The notes: generated by a model from the sequence alone, not told the origin. A stretch of DNA of 64,000 nucleotides from Vicugna vicugna (GCA_013265495.1 MU061579.1:2911319-2975318), one strand, 5' to 3'. Shown: positions 1 to 12,974, counted from the first letter of the stretch. Numbers and translations: made by a program.

Positions 1-83
1 CTGGAAAGGATTGAATAAGAGAAGGAGGAAGGGAAGGAAGGATGGGAAGGAAGGTGAGAGAGAGACCGAGAGGGAGAGAGAGA
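1..83. repeat. Purine-rich low-complexity tract (GGAA/GA)
   Basis: gaaggaggaagggaaggaagg...gagagagagaccgagagggagagagag at the window start. Confidence 0.85.
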
Positions 84-836
84 ACGTGCTTGCAATCTGC
101 TTGAAATGCACCTTGAAATTCCTTACCCTGCTGGTCAACGTGAAGGGAGTGGGTCCCTCCTTTCACCCATAATAAAATCATATTTCATCTTCTAGATATA
201 AATAATTAAGGAAGAAATAAAATCATGTTTTACCTTCTGGTAAATATTTGCTTAAGTAAAATAGATCCATTAAGCTGTATTTACTGAGTCTGCTGTATTC
301 AGAGCGCTTTAAAAGGCAGAGTGCTGTAATGTTCAAAGATTATTGTAGTGTGTTGCATTTTGCATTCCCAAGATAGTATTTTTTTTCCCACAAATGCCCT
401 TTTTAAGCACAGCATATACTCTGAGGGCCCTTGTAAGAATTTTAATGAGAATTCTTCAGAAGAAGTAGTGTTGCAGAGTATTAACATTTAAACCTCTACT
501 AATCCCTGAATAGCACCAAATATCTATTCTTTTGAATCAGGATACTGTATTATGCTCAAAGAAAGCAAAAATGAGCAAGTAGCTTAGAAGGCATAAATAT
601 AAAGCATTTGGGTAATTATAGATTTCTAGTCATGTCACCACAACTGAAGTTAGTCCAGATGTAGGATTTTTGTTATAAACTCTGATTTTTCTGTGGCTTC
701 TAACCTGAAAACTTCTTTTATTTTCAACTAGGATGAAAATTTTCATAAAGGAGTGTAACTAATAAGAAATGGCTGATTAATTTCTACTCTGTTTCTTTTT
801 GGTGGGTGTGGAGACTGATTCCTAAAATTAAGTTTT

Positions 837-988
837 CAATACCTTGTAATGACCTATAATGAAAAAGAATATGAAACAGAATATATATATAGATATATAT
901 ATATATCTATATATATATCTCACCATGCTGTACACAAGAAATTAACACATTGTAAATAGACTATATTCCAATCAGAAATGAATTATTA
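837..988 (+). mobile_element. 5'-truncated L1 3' end, artiodactyl/camelid type, with internal (TA)n
   Basis: caataccttgtaatgacctataatgaaaaagaatatgaaa-(TA)n-caccatgctgtacacaagaaattaacacattgtaa...ctata; the same block recurs at 38520-38675; imperfect TSD aagttttcaatac (830-842) / aagatttaatac (989-1000). Confidence 0.85.
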
Positions 989-2839
989 AAGATTTAATAC
1001 TTTGTAGTGTTTGCCTTTTCTTATAACTCAAAAATAGATTTTTTCATGAAAATTAGTGCAAAAAAATAAAATTTTCATGGTCTTATTTTATAAAGTTCAC
1101 CAGGAAAGTCTTATATTTTAACACATAGAGATATATAAAATATTTACATTATTAACTAACTTTGAAAGAAGCTGTTCAGAATATGGCTTATATGCAGGAC
1201 TTTTTTCCCACTTAATATACTACAGTCCAGAGGGAACCATCTCTGAACCATCTCCCATCAATATTTTAATTCCATTTTTTCATTGCAGATGTACCTTGAG
1301 ATTTGATGAAATAGCAAGAAACATTACACATATTTATGTTTCATTTGTTTCACTGTCATCATATTTGATATGCAACTGACAAGGGATAATGTCACTATGC
1401 AGAAATATACAACTTCATGTAATCATAATGGGATAGGAACAGAAAATATATGCTGCAATTTCTGTGCTATTTCTCCATTCGGCAATGACACCATCACTGA
1501 GATAAAATTCAAAGTGAATGCTATAACCAGACTGGAAGTTTTACAGTGCTTCCTGAAATAAATCTCACAAAATTTGGTATATGCAACACATACTATCACA
1601 TGTAAATTAGCATATGGGGAGGGTATGTAAATCACTGTTTTTGACATTTATTTCATGATGCTCAATAAAATCTTTCAACTCTGCTTATTGTTCTTTTTTA
1701 TTTTCTTCAAAAGAACAAATCTTTCTTAATTATAGGGAAAAGTTCACATTAAAAATACTGACACACTGGGGATTTATTTGAAGTGGTTTTAAAATAGTAT
1801 CCTAGCTTTCATTGGAATAATTTACGTCTCTATTTAAATAGTTTTAACTTTTTACTAATTATCACTTTTAATGCTCTTTGTTGTTTCAACATATAACACT
1901 GTATCATTTTAACTTTACTTCTATTACCCTCCATTCTAGACAAAATTCCATTTTAAGAAGAAATTCTTCTATGTTTTGTCCTTACAAAATTAATTATCTC
2001 ACCATTTCTTAAACATTCATTGCTTGTATTTTATTTAATTTGTTAGTTATATTCCAAGAAATTTTGTGGCTCACTTCCTCACGGAAGTGTGATATGAGAC
2101 AGAGAAGCTTAAATAGAAAGGCAAGACATCCTGTTTCCTCAAGGATCTTGAGATCCTTCTTAGGAAATTAGACAAATATTTAAACACTAGAAAACAAGAT
2201 ATAGTATCATTTATTTCCTAAGATGATTATTATAGTTAATTGAGAGGTCTGAAAGTTAGAACTTGAAAAAAAATAGCATTTTGATTATAACTATTTTCCC
2301 CTAAAATACAAGAAACATATTATCATGGTAGTCAAATTCTAGTTAAATAAGAGAATAAAATAATGCATAATAGTTTATACTATACATATATGAAGCAAAT
2401 TTTAAAATAAATCTTGGGTGATACATAATATACTATTTTCCATCTCCCATAATTTTTAGTTATGACCATTTCTAATGAATGAGAAACAATGAAGACAGGT
2501 GTTCTAAGTGAAAAAAATTTTAAGCAATGCTCACAATGCAGGAAATATGTTTAGAAAAGAACAGTTTGGTCAATTTGTGCAATTTGAAGTGTAGTTAGGT
2601 AGAACTGAGCGGAAGTTAGAGCCATATTTTGGATGCTCTTAAGTATGGTGCAGATAAAATTATATCTAATACAGGTAGAGATGGAAAGTCAATGAAGGAT
2701 TTTGAGTAGGATATAATATTTGGGGAAGAAAAAGTATAATTTTGGAGATTTAATACAGCATGACTTTTAGAATTCATTTGTTTGTCTGAGAAGTATGAAA
2801 GCTGTTAGCTCCTCTTTTTATAGTATAATTTGCTTTGGG

Positions 2840-3560
2840 TGTACTTCTAATATTCAGATGTTGGAACTCTAGAGCCAATATTCTCAATTTTGTTTTAAAT
2901 AATACTGTATTTTATATTGCGCACTTGCTTTCCTGTTTATGTTCTATATTCAGTTAGTCTTCCCTGAATTATACCTTCCAACCTTTTTGCTGAATTATTT
3001 TTCAGTTGTGCTATAATTTTAATTCTACAAGATCTTTTTTTGTTAAATTCCCTGAAATATGTATATATTGATCTTCTTTCTTGGATGTAATGTATTTATT
3101 TTAATGACAACTTTTGCGAAATCTTCTCTGTTCTGAGGCTTGCGCGTGGGAAGAAGGTTGGTTTGGAGTCTGAATACATTCTACAGAGCTACGTCTTTTG
3201 GCCATTAGTCCAAGTACCCAATATTTGAGTAAGTTTCAGTTATCTCCTGGAATGTGGGTCAAACAATTTTTCAACTGTGATAAAGTGGTGAAGAGAGCTG
3301 GGTATTCTTAAGCCCTAAAATATTTATTTAAATTTAAGAGACAGTCTTCCCTGACATTTCAGGGTATCCTGACTCTTCTACTTCCTGAAGTTTCCATGGA
3401 TAAATTCGTTTACTTTTTGGCTTTCTTCATTGGTGGCTCAGATTCTACATCTTTGGTTTTACTGAATAATTTGCTATTGTCCACCTGCTTTCCAGACCCC
3501 AATAATTTGTTGTAAAATTCTTTCACATTTATTTTTGCCTTTAGGGCTTATTGAAGAACA
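2840..3560 (-). mobile_element. Very old L1/HAL1-like fragment
   Basis: T-rich degenerate stretch starting ttctaatattcagatgttggaactct, resembling antisense HAL1/L1ME from memory; weak. Confidence 0.35.
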
Positions 3561-3591
3561 AATTATCACTCTTTTTTTAATTATTATCTTT

Positions 3592-3777
3592 TTTTTTTTT
3601 TTTTGGCAGTTGTTTTGGGGGTAGGTAATTTGTTTTTTTTTTTTTTTTTTTCTGGCAGTTGCACTGGGGATAGGTAATTAGGTTTATTTATTTTTTAGTG
3701 GAAGTACTGGAGATTGAACCCAGGACCTTTTGCATACTAAGCATATGCTCTACCACTTGAGCTATACCCTTCCCCCC
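3592..3777 (-). mobile_element. tRNA-Ala-derived SINE (camelid vic-1 type) with duplicated 3' tail
   Basis: Minus strand reads GGGTATAGCTCAAGTGGTAGAGCATATGCTTAGTATGCAAAAGGTCCTGGGTTCAATCTCCCAGTACTTCC (A and B boxes), then aaataaacctaattacct and poly(A); TSD aattattatcttt (3579-3591) / aattatctatcttt (3779-3792). Confidence 0.93.
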
Positions 3778-3877
3778 AAATTATCTATCTTTACCACATT
3801 TTTTTTTTGGTGGAATTTCAAGAAGCTATAGTCTAGAAGTTTCCTTTTTTTCTTTTTTTTTTTAAAGAAAAAAGAAC

Positions 3878-3997
3878 AACTTTACTGAGCTGTAACTCAC
3901 ATATTATACAATTCATGAATTTATCAAACCGAATTATTGCTTTTTAGTGCATAGAGTTGTGCAACCACCACCACAATCTCATTTTAAACATTTTTAT
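3878..3997 (-). mobile_element. L1MB-type 3' end fragment
   Basis: ctttactgagctgtaactcacatattatacaattca...agagttgtgcaaccaccaccacaatctcattttaaacatttt matches the antisense L1MB terminus. Confidence 0.8.
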
Positions 3998-4034
3998 CAG
4001 CTGTTTTCTTTTTATGGAATATTTGTGTCTGAGT

Positions 4035-4200
4035 ATAAACACACACACAAACATAGCCTCATATTTATACATTCATACATATACATGAGTAAATCCTGGT
4101 ATATGTACACATATGTATATCTATGCATAGAGACACCATATGTGTGTATATGTATATGTGAATATGCATATATAGAGATATTTACATGTGTATATACACG
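4035..4200. repeat. Degenerate (CA)/(TA)/(TG) microsatellite
   Basis: Alternating purine-pyrimidine runs; explains ORF 3947..4252. Confidence 0.8.
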
Positions 4201-6594
4201 CTTATTAATTCCAATGTCAGTAAATCATTTTAATCTCAATAGATTTTATTAACCAGTCATTTCTCTCAGCAAACAATTTATCCCATATTTCGCTTGTACT
4301 TGTTGATTTTCAGGAGTGCAACTTAAGTATAAATTTGCCTGATAAAATCATTTTCACATCCTGCCTTGCATAACCTTGTCTGTGTGAATATATATATTTA
4401 ATTTTACTTTTTGTCTAAGAAGTTTATGTTGATTTATTTGCCATTTATACTAGAAAAGTTTTTCCTTTAAACGATTATATTCGTTTCATTTTCAGGATGG
4501 TCTTTTGGAAATAGATTAGTTTACAAGGTATGCATTCAATCCTAAGACTCTATCCTCTTCATCAGTTCTTAGAAAGGCCTTCACAAGATTGATATTAGTA
4601 TTTTATGCCATCAACTTTGCATATTATTCTTGATTTTACAGCTTGTTTAGGTTTATGACATTAAAAAGTTAGCACTGAATTATAAACTATTTAGCAAAAT
4701 TTATTTTTTTGAATTTTTCCACAAATCACAAATTAGGTTAGACTATAAAGTCCAATCTTCTTTTATTTAAATAACCTAGATGTGAATCAATCATTAGAAT
4801 TTCCTGTGTTCAAATAAAGATACATACCTGTACATATAAAATGACTCATGCTAACAGGTTCAATTACTCTTCATACCTCTTTGTATTCTATGAACCATGC
4901 CTTTTTTAAAGCACACATGGCATCCCATAATTTTGGTGTCACTGGCTGACTTTCAGATGGGTAACTTAGGTTTAAATCTAACTGATAATGTTATTTGTTT
5001 AATATAGTGAGTCATACGTCTGAATGCAGCCTCACCTCCCCGCTATTGTATACGCAATAACATACTAAATGGGAACCCTAATGTGCAAAATAAACTGTGG
5101 CCAAATCTCTTTGTCTTCTTTATACTAAGAAAAGTCACATATATTGTGTAAACAATGAAATAATGAACTTGTGCTTTAGATCTTTTTACCTTAATGTAAT
5201 TTTAGTGAATAGAAAAAAAATCACAAAGAGCTGATTTGTCCACCCCGTGTGCCCAGGATCTTGTGGGCAATCATAAATGCCACAGTCAGGAGAATGCTTG
5301 AGCATAAGGTTTTCTCTGCTCCTTCGGAGAAAAGAATCTTGAGGTCAGAAAAAAAAAAAAGTAATTTACTTGGAAAAGTTATTTGTTTAGAGAGGACATA
5401 GGGTTTCACATGGATAAGAACAGACTATTCGCTGTCCTATAGTGGTTTATATCTTTTTTATTACCAAAAACTTAACTTAAAATGGAGGGATAAAACATGT
5501 TTTACTGAAAAAAAAAATGGTTCTAGAATAAATTAAGAAAATGTAGTGTACCACACCATTTAATAGGTAAGTATATACTAACGTCTTATGTGAAGGCTTT
5601 TCTAGGAACAGCTTTTTTTTTTCCCAAGTATCCCTAATCCCTAATCTAAACTTGATGATATTGTTAATTTTAAACTGAAGGGGAAAATATATCTCTTGCA
5701 GAATCTGCCTGATTTGTGACTTAAATTTTAATTTAAATCAAAAGAAAACAATACCTATAATCACCTACTAATTGTAGGGTGCACTGCGGGTACTACATTA
5801 ATTCTATTTAATGAAAATGTGTGTCCAAATGTAAGATAGTCATGAAGAAGCTCTGGGCATGTATCAGTTATAGTCAAGATGCAGACTCATTTTAGTTTAA
5901 GAGATATTTGTCCTAGTTTCAAAGGGATGATGGAGCATGGTCTGAGTACATTAGAGAGAATAAATAGCCTGCAAAATTCATTATTCCTCAGCATCATTCC
6001 ACATTTTATGTGCTTTTTGTTTGAGTACTAGCTGTATTTCTGAAGTGCAGCTTATGGAAATTCCATCAAGAGTCACATCTGTGTAGTCATAATATATGTT
6101 CATTGAAGGAAGAGACTTTTAGGAGATTCATGAAGCTTTAGGAATTTAGCACAAAAGGGTCCCTGATGGTAGAAATGCCCTCTTCATAAATGAGCACTGT
6201 GAGTGGGTGCAGAAGTACATCACAGCAGATCGATAACCTGCATGATGTACAGTTTCACGGCAAACTTTCTCTTCTGAGTGTACCATACAATAGATCAATA
6301 GAAAAACAATTCCAAGCAGAGTCACTGGCAAATAATTATATTTGAGCTATTTCCATTGATATTTTCCCTCTGGTATTTTAGTTCAGCTTAAACACTCAGA
6401 GAAAGACGGAGTAATACAATTTAATCAGACAATGGAGAATTTGGAATATACTTGATCCACTTCTCATGAAAATACTAACTTGTCAATTACTTTGTTTACG
6501 AGATTCCTCTCTCACTCTTGGTAGCTGTGTTTTCTTAGTCTGGACTAAATATACCAAGAAAAACAACTCAATGGAATATGATACCCTTTCAAGT

Positions 6595-6850
6595 TCTACT
6601 CAGTTAAGTACTAAGCATGTATAGCGTGCCTCCCTATGTTTCAGGCTCAGTGTGAAGTGCTGAGGATACAAATAAAAAGGAGATGGGGATCACTGCTCTC
6701 AAGTTGTGGATACTCTTAAGGAAGATACACCTCTAGAAAGTAAAGATAGTTTGCTACCAGACTTTAAGAATGCCTTTGGAAGGAAAACAAAATCAAAAGT
6801 GGTATTAGAAGAAGGAATGGTAAGTTAATACCAGCTATGTCTCAAGAACG
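6595..6850 (-). mobile_element. L2 3' fragment
   Basis: aagcatgtatagcgtgcctccctatgtttcaggctcagtgtgaagtgctgaggatacaaa...cactgctctcaag resembles the antisense L2 3' end. Confidence 0.65.
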
Positions 6851-7134
6851 ATGGAAGGTAGAGGGGACAGCGAGGGCAAACACACATGGTGGCAGATAAC
6901 TAGCTATGTCACAGAATATTGCTCATGTTGTGTATGTTAGAAGCCCATCAGAACTAAGGAACTGCCTTCTTAATAAAACTCAGAGAGAGGCCCATGAGCT
7001 CTTATCTTTCCAGTAACCAGATACTGGCATACCTGCCACACTTCAGTCCCTGAAAGAAAATCAGAACCGTTCAATTTATTTGGAATTGGAAACAATTTTA
7101 TTTATTGTATTAGAATTAGACAATTGTCATATGA

Positions 7135-7681
7135 TTGGACACTCAGCATCTAAGTGACACTCCCACCCTATTTGGAAGTTTTCCCTCTATATGAGTCATA
7201 TTTAGGAACAGAATTCATCTCTCATGATAGTAGCTCCCTCAGCCAAATCTTTACATTTGGTGCAAGCGCATGACCTGACTTAGCTAATCAGACACGTCCA
7301 TCCCGCTCCGTTATTCAATAATTAATGACACAAGAATAGGGATGGTGGACAATGCATCATAGCGGTAGCTATGGAAGTGGTATTATTAAGTTACCGAGAG
7401 TACCTGCAAATGGTGCTGTGAAATACTGGCAGAATCTACAGTGCAAGTTATGGCATGTGGTACCCAGCAGTGGTGACGGTAGTTCTTACCAGGTGGTTCT
7501 CCCTGAGCTGATTCATGCTGGAGTGCTACCTTTCTAGGCATGTTCTGTATCTGCCCAATTTCCCAAGCCTATTTCTCTACCACTCCTATTGGTGCTCTAA
7601 ACTACTATAATATTTTTTAATCATTTTACTCTTTAAAATTATCAAAGCCAAATACTTATACCTAAGAATCCGATTGATGTA
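7135..7681 (+). mobile_element. ERVL LTR33-like solo LTR (degenerate)
   Basis: gcatgacctgacttagctaatcagacacg; tttcccaagcctatttctc; terminal ctaagaatccgattgatgta resembles LTR33 ctaagaaccctgactgataca. Confidence 0.7.
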
Positions 7682-8114
7682 AATCTCACAGTGTGACTGT
7701 TGACATAAAGTGCTCACAGCTTAATGCACAATTGATTGACCTGAAACATCACACACACACAATTTATATAAACATTTTTGAATGGGATACTCAAAAGTCC
7801 CTCCCTGACTCCCTTCATACTGATTCTCAAATGATGCCACACGTAATACAGAGGGGCATCCCCATCTACATCTTCCTCTCTGCAATATCGCTGGGGGAAG
7901 AGTCAAGTACACAGGAGGGATTTGTGCAGTTAAGAAGGAGAAAGGAGGATGAAAGCCATCATATATGATAAAGTCTTTTAGATTTTCAACCCAGCAGATC
8001 AGTATTTTTGGAGAACCCAGTAAATCATTGGAGATAGGGCTGGCCAAGGAGTTGGCAAGGGTGAGATCATGAGGAACAGTTTATTAGGATACAGGGTTTG
8101 GCTTTAATCCTGTA

Positions 8115-8308
8115 GACGGATGCTTCTTAAAACTTAATTGACTATAAATCTTCTAGAACTGTGAAAAATTTTTTTTAAATGGCAAATCATTGAATCTCAA
8201 TTCTGGTGATTAAGATTTAATTAAGATTATGCACAGAAACATGCATTTAAATTAAGCAACTTGAGTAATTTGAAATAACTAATCTAGTAACACATTTTGT
8301 GGAACTTA
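8115..8308. mobile_element. MER5-like hAT-Charlie MITE remnant
   Basis: cttcttaaaacttaattgactataaatc...acatgcatttaaattaagc...cacattttgtggaac; highly diverged. Confidence 0.45.
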
Positions 8309-8330
8309 GGTTTTATGATAACTCACTTAT

Positions 8331-9880
8331 CCATTCATTCATTCAACATGCTTTTATTGAATCCTAGTATGGTTCTAGGCATTGGGGATATGGCAGTTAA
8401 TGTGTGAGGCAGACACCAGCCTTTACATGGCTTACATTCTAGTATTGGGTGTGGTGGCAGTACGGGAGAGAGGAAAACCAATAAACAAATTAAAATGTAA
8501 AATGTATATACTTTATAGAAAAGAAAAGATAAATAGATGTAAATGAAGATGGTGGACTTAATGTTTTATGCTTAACCAGAAAAGAGCATCTTTATAAGGA
8601 AACATATGAAAAAAGATGGTAAATGCACAAAGGAGAAAATCATAATATACTGCAGAGAAGAGTAAGTACAAATGCCTGGAATTTAGAAAATGTTTGATGA
8701 GTCTGAAAAATGTCAAAGGAACCAATGTGGCTACAGGGTAGACAAGTAAAAACTCCTGCCAGCTGGGGACCAGATCTGGTCAATGTCCCTTGGGAATACT
8801 GGGGCATTTTTGCCTTTATTTTGGTTGAGATGGGAAATTATTGAGAGATCTCAATCTTGATCTGGACTTGATCCTACTGCCACACAGTGAGATCAGGGGC
8901 ACTCACTACGTATGCACATGGTGCTCAAATGAAGAGTGTGGTTTGAGGAGATGACTATAGTCCTCATGGTATGGGAGAGAGAATTTACAGATATAGATGA
9001 AAGTAGGTTGGTAGGGAGAATTAATGGGATCATGTGGACATTTTCTTCTGAATGATTTTTTTCCTCAGGAAAATAGAAAACAGCATTACTATTGAGTGTG
9101 TTGCCACCCAAGACCATCTTGAAGCAAGAAAAATAGGGGCAAAATTCCCATTGAGGGATATGAATGAGTCAATGGATTAGGAGCATGCAGTAAACTTGTG
9201 GGGCAGCACTAAGGCTGAGCCTATAATTTGAAATCACGAATGACAAATGGCGCCACGTAGCATGTTTGTGATTTCTCCCAGCCAACTTCAACTCTGCCTC
9301 TACAGGCATAGAGTAGGCAAAGACCTAAATTTAATCTGAAAATTTTTTCCTCAGTGAGGTAAATGATGGGAGAAAGGTACAAGGGAGTTGGAACATATAT
9401 AAAAATTATGGAATTTAATAATAAGCCATGAAATCTTTTCAGGTGAGTGCCTAAGTTATTGAGGACATCACAGGCTGAATGACAGAAAAAAAATGAGATA
9501 GGATCTATATACTGTAGGTGATGGTGAGTAAATGATTGCTGAATTTAAGAGTCTGGAAATATCAAACTGGAAATATTTGAGGTGTTGACTTAAGATCCGG
9601 ATGGTTAAGTGTTAAATTACAAAGAGATTCCAGTAACTATTAACGTCAAAGGCTGAGACAAGACTATGGACACCGGACAAAATCACAGGAGGAAGACTTC
9701 AAGTTAGTGAGCAGCCCGGTAACTGAGGAAACTTTATGTTGGAAATGCAATCACCGAGAAGTGCCAAGACTAGTGAAAGAAGTAATACTGAAGAGTGAGA
9801 AACAGAACTAAAAGAGAGAAAAAAAAAAAACTGCAAGGAGTAAGGCAGAATGAACAAAATCTGTAGACAATAGCAATATG
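8331..9880 (-). mobile_element. L2 (L2a-like) long fragment
   Basis: cattcattcattcaacatgcttttattgaatcct...ggttctaggcattggggata...cttacattctagt; downstream purine-rich L2 body motifs such as gcctttattttggttgagatgggaaattattg. Confidence 0.75.
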
Positions 9881-11237
9881 GAGGGATCCACACTGCAAAG
9901 GGAATAATACATCAAGCTTCACATCATTCTATTAATTAAGTTTTTAAGTTAATTATAAAGTGTTACCATTTTTGAAAGGAGGGATCAAATGCCTTCCATA
10001 ATTTTTTCCAGCTAGTGAGCAGTAAAATCAGAAAATGCTTTTATTTGGAGGGTGATTTAATAAGAGGAGAGGTAAGACCTGGATACTTTAAAGGTTTTTA
10101 GAGCATAATGGAAGTAGTTTTTTTTTTATTAAATAATTTCTAAATTTATGGCTTGGTTTTAAAAATCTTCAAGAAATTTGTCACTCGTGTGCCTCTGATG
10201 AATGAGTTTCAACAGAGATAGTTATTCATCTGGAAAATTAATAAAGAGAAAGAGGAGAAAGGAAAAAGTGGAAGAATAGACATGTGGAAAAGGAGTGATT
10301 ATAAAAAGATAAAGTACAGGGGAAAGTAAAGAAAGGAGAAGGTTTAGTTAGTACTCAGGACTTCAAGGGTTTTCTGAGGTGGAATTATCTAAACTGCGAG
10401 CAGTGAGAGCAGAGGAAAAGTGGTGCCCAGCGTGTGGAATGCCAGGACAGGCACAATGTGGGAAAGGATCATTTGATTTGACAGCTTCCCACTCCTGGCA
10501 TCACAGGGCACAGATAGCCCGGGACAGCTTAATCGCCATTGTTTACTCTGGGGTGTGGCAGTGTGACCCTGCTCTAGGCTAAGGAGAGGGAGGCCACTGA
10601 GACTTGACTGTGCCGGATTTCCACAAATCAGATTTTATAACTTCATGAAATGGTTCATATATTTGAAAGCTTAATGTTTTTTCATCAGTGTCAATAAGAC
10701 TTTAAAATAGAGGAAAATTAAAAGAAACGATGTTACAGAAATTATTCTAAAACCATGCATTCTCTAACATCTTCAGATTTTATATATTCTCACAATCTAG
10801 CATTGAAAATACAATGTGATTCTTTTTAACATTCAGTAGGCTACATGGCAGAAATTTTTTGCAAAGCAATGTCATACTTGTCTATGACTTTGTATGCTAA
10901 AGATATCTTAAATTGTTTTTGACATCTTCAGTGTGTGTCAGATTTATATCCATGAGACAAATAAACAGAAGGAAGACACTGAAAATTCATGCTAAATATG
11001 TAAGAAATAAAGGTCACAATTCGTGGGTAAATGATCCTTAACATGATTAGGACTAAAATAACAGAAAAAGAACGGTTTGAACCACAAAGGAATCACTTAG
11101 GAAACTTACATAAACTAGGGTTTTTGTTTGCAAGCTCCAGAATACTGACCGGAACTTGCCTAAGCTGAAAAAGAATTTGAGGCAGTTCACAGAAAGGATA
11201 CAGAGCTCAAGAACCTAAAGAGCAGGAGGGATGCTTT

Positions 11238-11641
11238 GGGTGGCCTGCACGACGTCCCCTGGGCGAATACAATTTGTGTCACAGTTGTGCATAAAGACAG
11301 TGTCCTGCCTGAAGCTAGTACTCCCCCAGTGTCTTCGCGTTTCCTGCCTCAGGGCTTTCTCTGAAGGCTTGGGAGCTTGCTCTGCCTGCAGGTGTATCCT
11401 AAATGGGCAGAGAAATGAGTGACCTCCAGGGCAGCCCTCAACCAATGGGGAGTAAATGCAGAGGGTAAATGTTCCAGTTTTCAGACACTCCATGGTCTAA
11501 GGTATTCTACATAGGTGTCTAGCTCCCACTCCCATGCCTAATTCGGAGTCCTAGATTAATCTTGCTACTTCATCTATGCTGTAGGTCTTCATTCCATTTC
11601 TCGTTTCAAGCCCTGCTTTTGGAGAAATCCAAATTAAGATA
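11238..11641 (+). mobile_element. ERVL LTR16-family solo LTR
   Basis: ctgcctcagggctttctctg...cagggcagccctcaaccaatgggg...; ends ctgcttttggagaaatccaaattaagata (cf. LTR16 ctgcttctggggaacccaaactaagaca). Confidence 0.8.
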
Positions 11642-11802
11642 GGAAAGTGCTGTTAATGTCTCTAAAAGTAACATGCTTTCTTCAGAGCGTTATCACAGAT
11701 TCAGTTGCTGTCAGCCTTGGGCCACCATCTCAGTTGTCCAAGGAGCAAGTATCCTTTTGCTTTAGCTTGGGCCCTGGTTCTAGTGACTGACTAGCAGAGG
11801 GC

Positions 11803-12288
11803 TGTATTTGTTTCTGTTACTGCTGTAACAAATGGCCGTAAACTCAGTGGCTTAAAACAAGACACATTTATTATCTTATACTTCTGGAGGTCAGAAGTTT
11901 GAAATGAGTCTTACAAGGTTAAAATCAAGGTGAGAGCAGAGCTGCAGCCCTCCTGTAAACTCCAATGGAGAATCTTTCTCCTTGCCTTTTCTAGCTTCTA
12001 GAGATCACCTATGTTCATTGGCTGGTGAATCCTACCTCCATCCTCAAGGCATATCTCTACAGTGTCTGCTTCCATCACCATGTCTCCTTTTCTAATTCTG
12101 ACCCTCTTACCCCTTTCTTGCAAGCCCTGTGAGATTACATTGGCCAACTCAGATGATACAGGATGGTCTTCCCACCACCAGATCTTTAATTGTATCTCCC
12201 AGGTACACTGGCCATGCAAAGAGACATATTTATGGGCTCTGCTGTTGGGGACAGGGTTATCTTTTGGGGGTGCATTATTTTGTCTACA
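11803..12288 (-). mobile_element. ERVL-MaLR MLT1D/MLT1C-type solo LTR
   Basis: TG...CA termini; gctgtaacaaat..aaactcagtggcttaaaacaa..atttattatcttatacttctggaggtcagaagt; gattacattggcca; cattattttgtctaca. Explains ORFs 11998..12318, 12062..12475 and 12186..12401. Confidence 0.92.
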
Positions 12289-12974
12289 GGAGTACAGCAC
12301 CCTGACTGACAGGGACAACAGATTTTATACAATATGGGGAAAATATCTCTCCCAGAATAAATGTGAGTTGCTGACAAAAGCACAGCAGAAATTACAGGCA
12401 ATGAATGTCGTTACAAAAAGAATTTATCACTTTTATGTGCATTATTTTCCCCAACCATTCTTTGTAAAACACTAATTAACAGTCTACCATGTATCAGTTA
12501 TTCTGCTATTCTAATTATTCCATTCATTCTGTAGATGAACCTAACATTATCCCTACCCTTTAAATATCTTGCAGCCTCTTGTGTTTAAAAACAATTAGGC
12601 AAGGATCAACTTTTGAAAATGCATCATCTTTGTTTAATAGTAAATTGGAGTTTGTATCAGATAATTTAAGTAGAAACCTCAGAGTCCAGATACTACTTCC
12701 TTTAGATAAACTCACGCCTCTCAAATTTAACACATCCTAAGCACAACTCAGCACTTGACCCCTGCGAGCGGCACTCACACAGTAATACACTCACATACAC
12801 ACTTCTGTACTTTACTCGGTGGCAGTCCGGTTTGGGCATGGTCTGAAAATTACTGAAAAGTATTTCCTAGGAGAAAAATCTATCATGACTGTGGAACTGC
12901 CTACTTTTCTGACATCTTAGATTGTTTCTTCCTCAACTTTGCAAACCCTTACAATGGGATTTATTTGCTGTGGT

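Noticed and set aside
1295..1552. Minus-strand exon-like segment (tttcag|...AAG|gtacat)
   Set aside because: Weak donor and stops in all three frames.
3700..3777. tRNA-Ala genes here and at ~25445, ~38790 and ~40670
   Set aside because: The tRNA-Ala(AGC)-like heads carry stem- or anticodon-breaking mutations, A-rich tails and TSDs, so they are SINEs.
11998..12475. Longest ORF (137 aa, signal-peptide-like start) and overlapping ORFs
   Set aside because: Lie largely within an MLT1 LTR; the 137-aa ORF starts at GTG; chance open frames.
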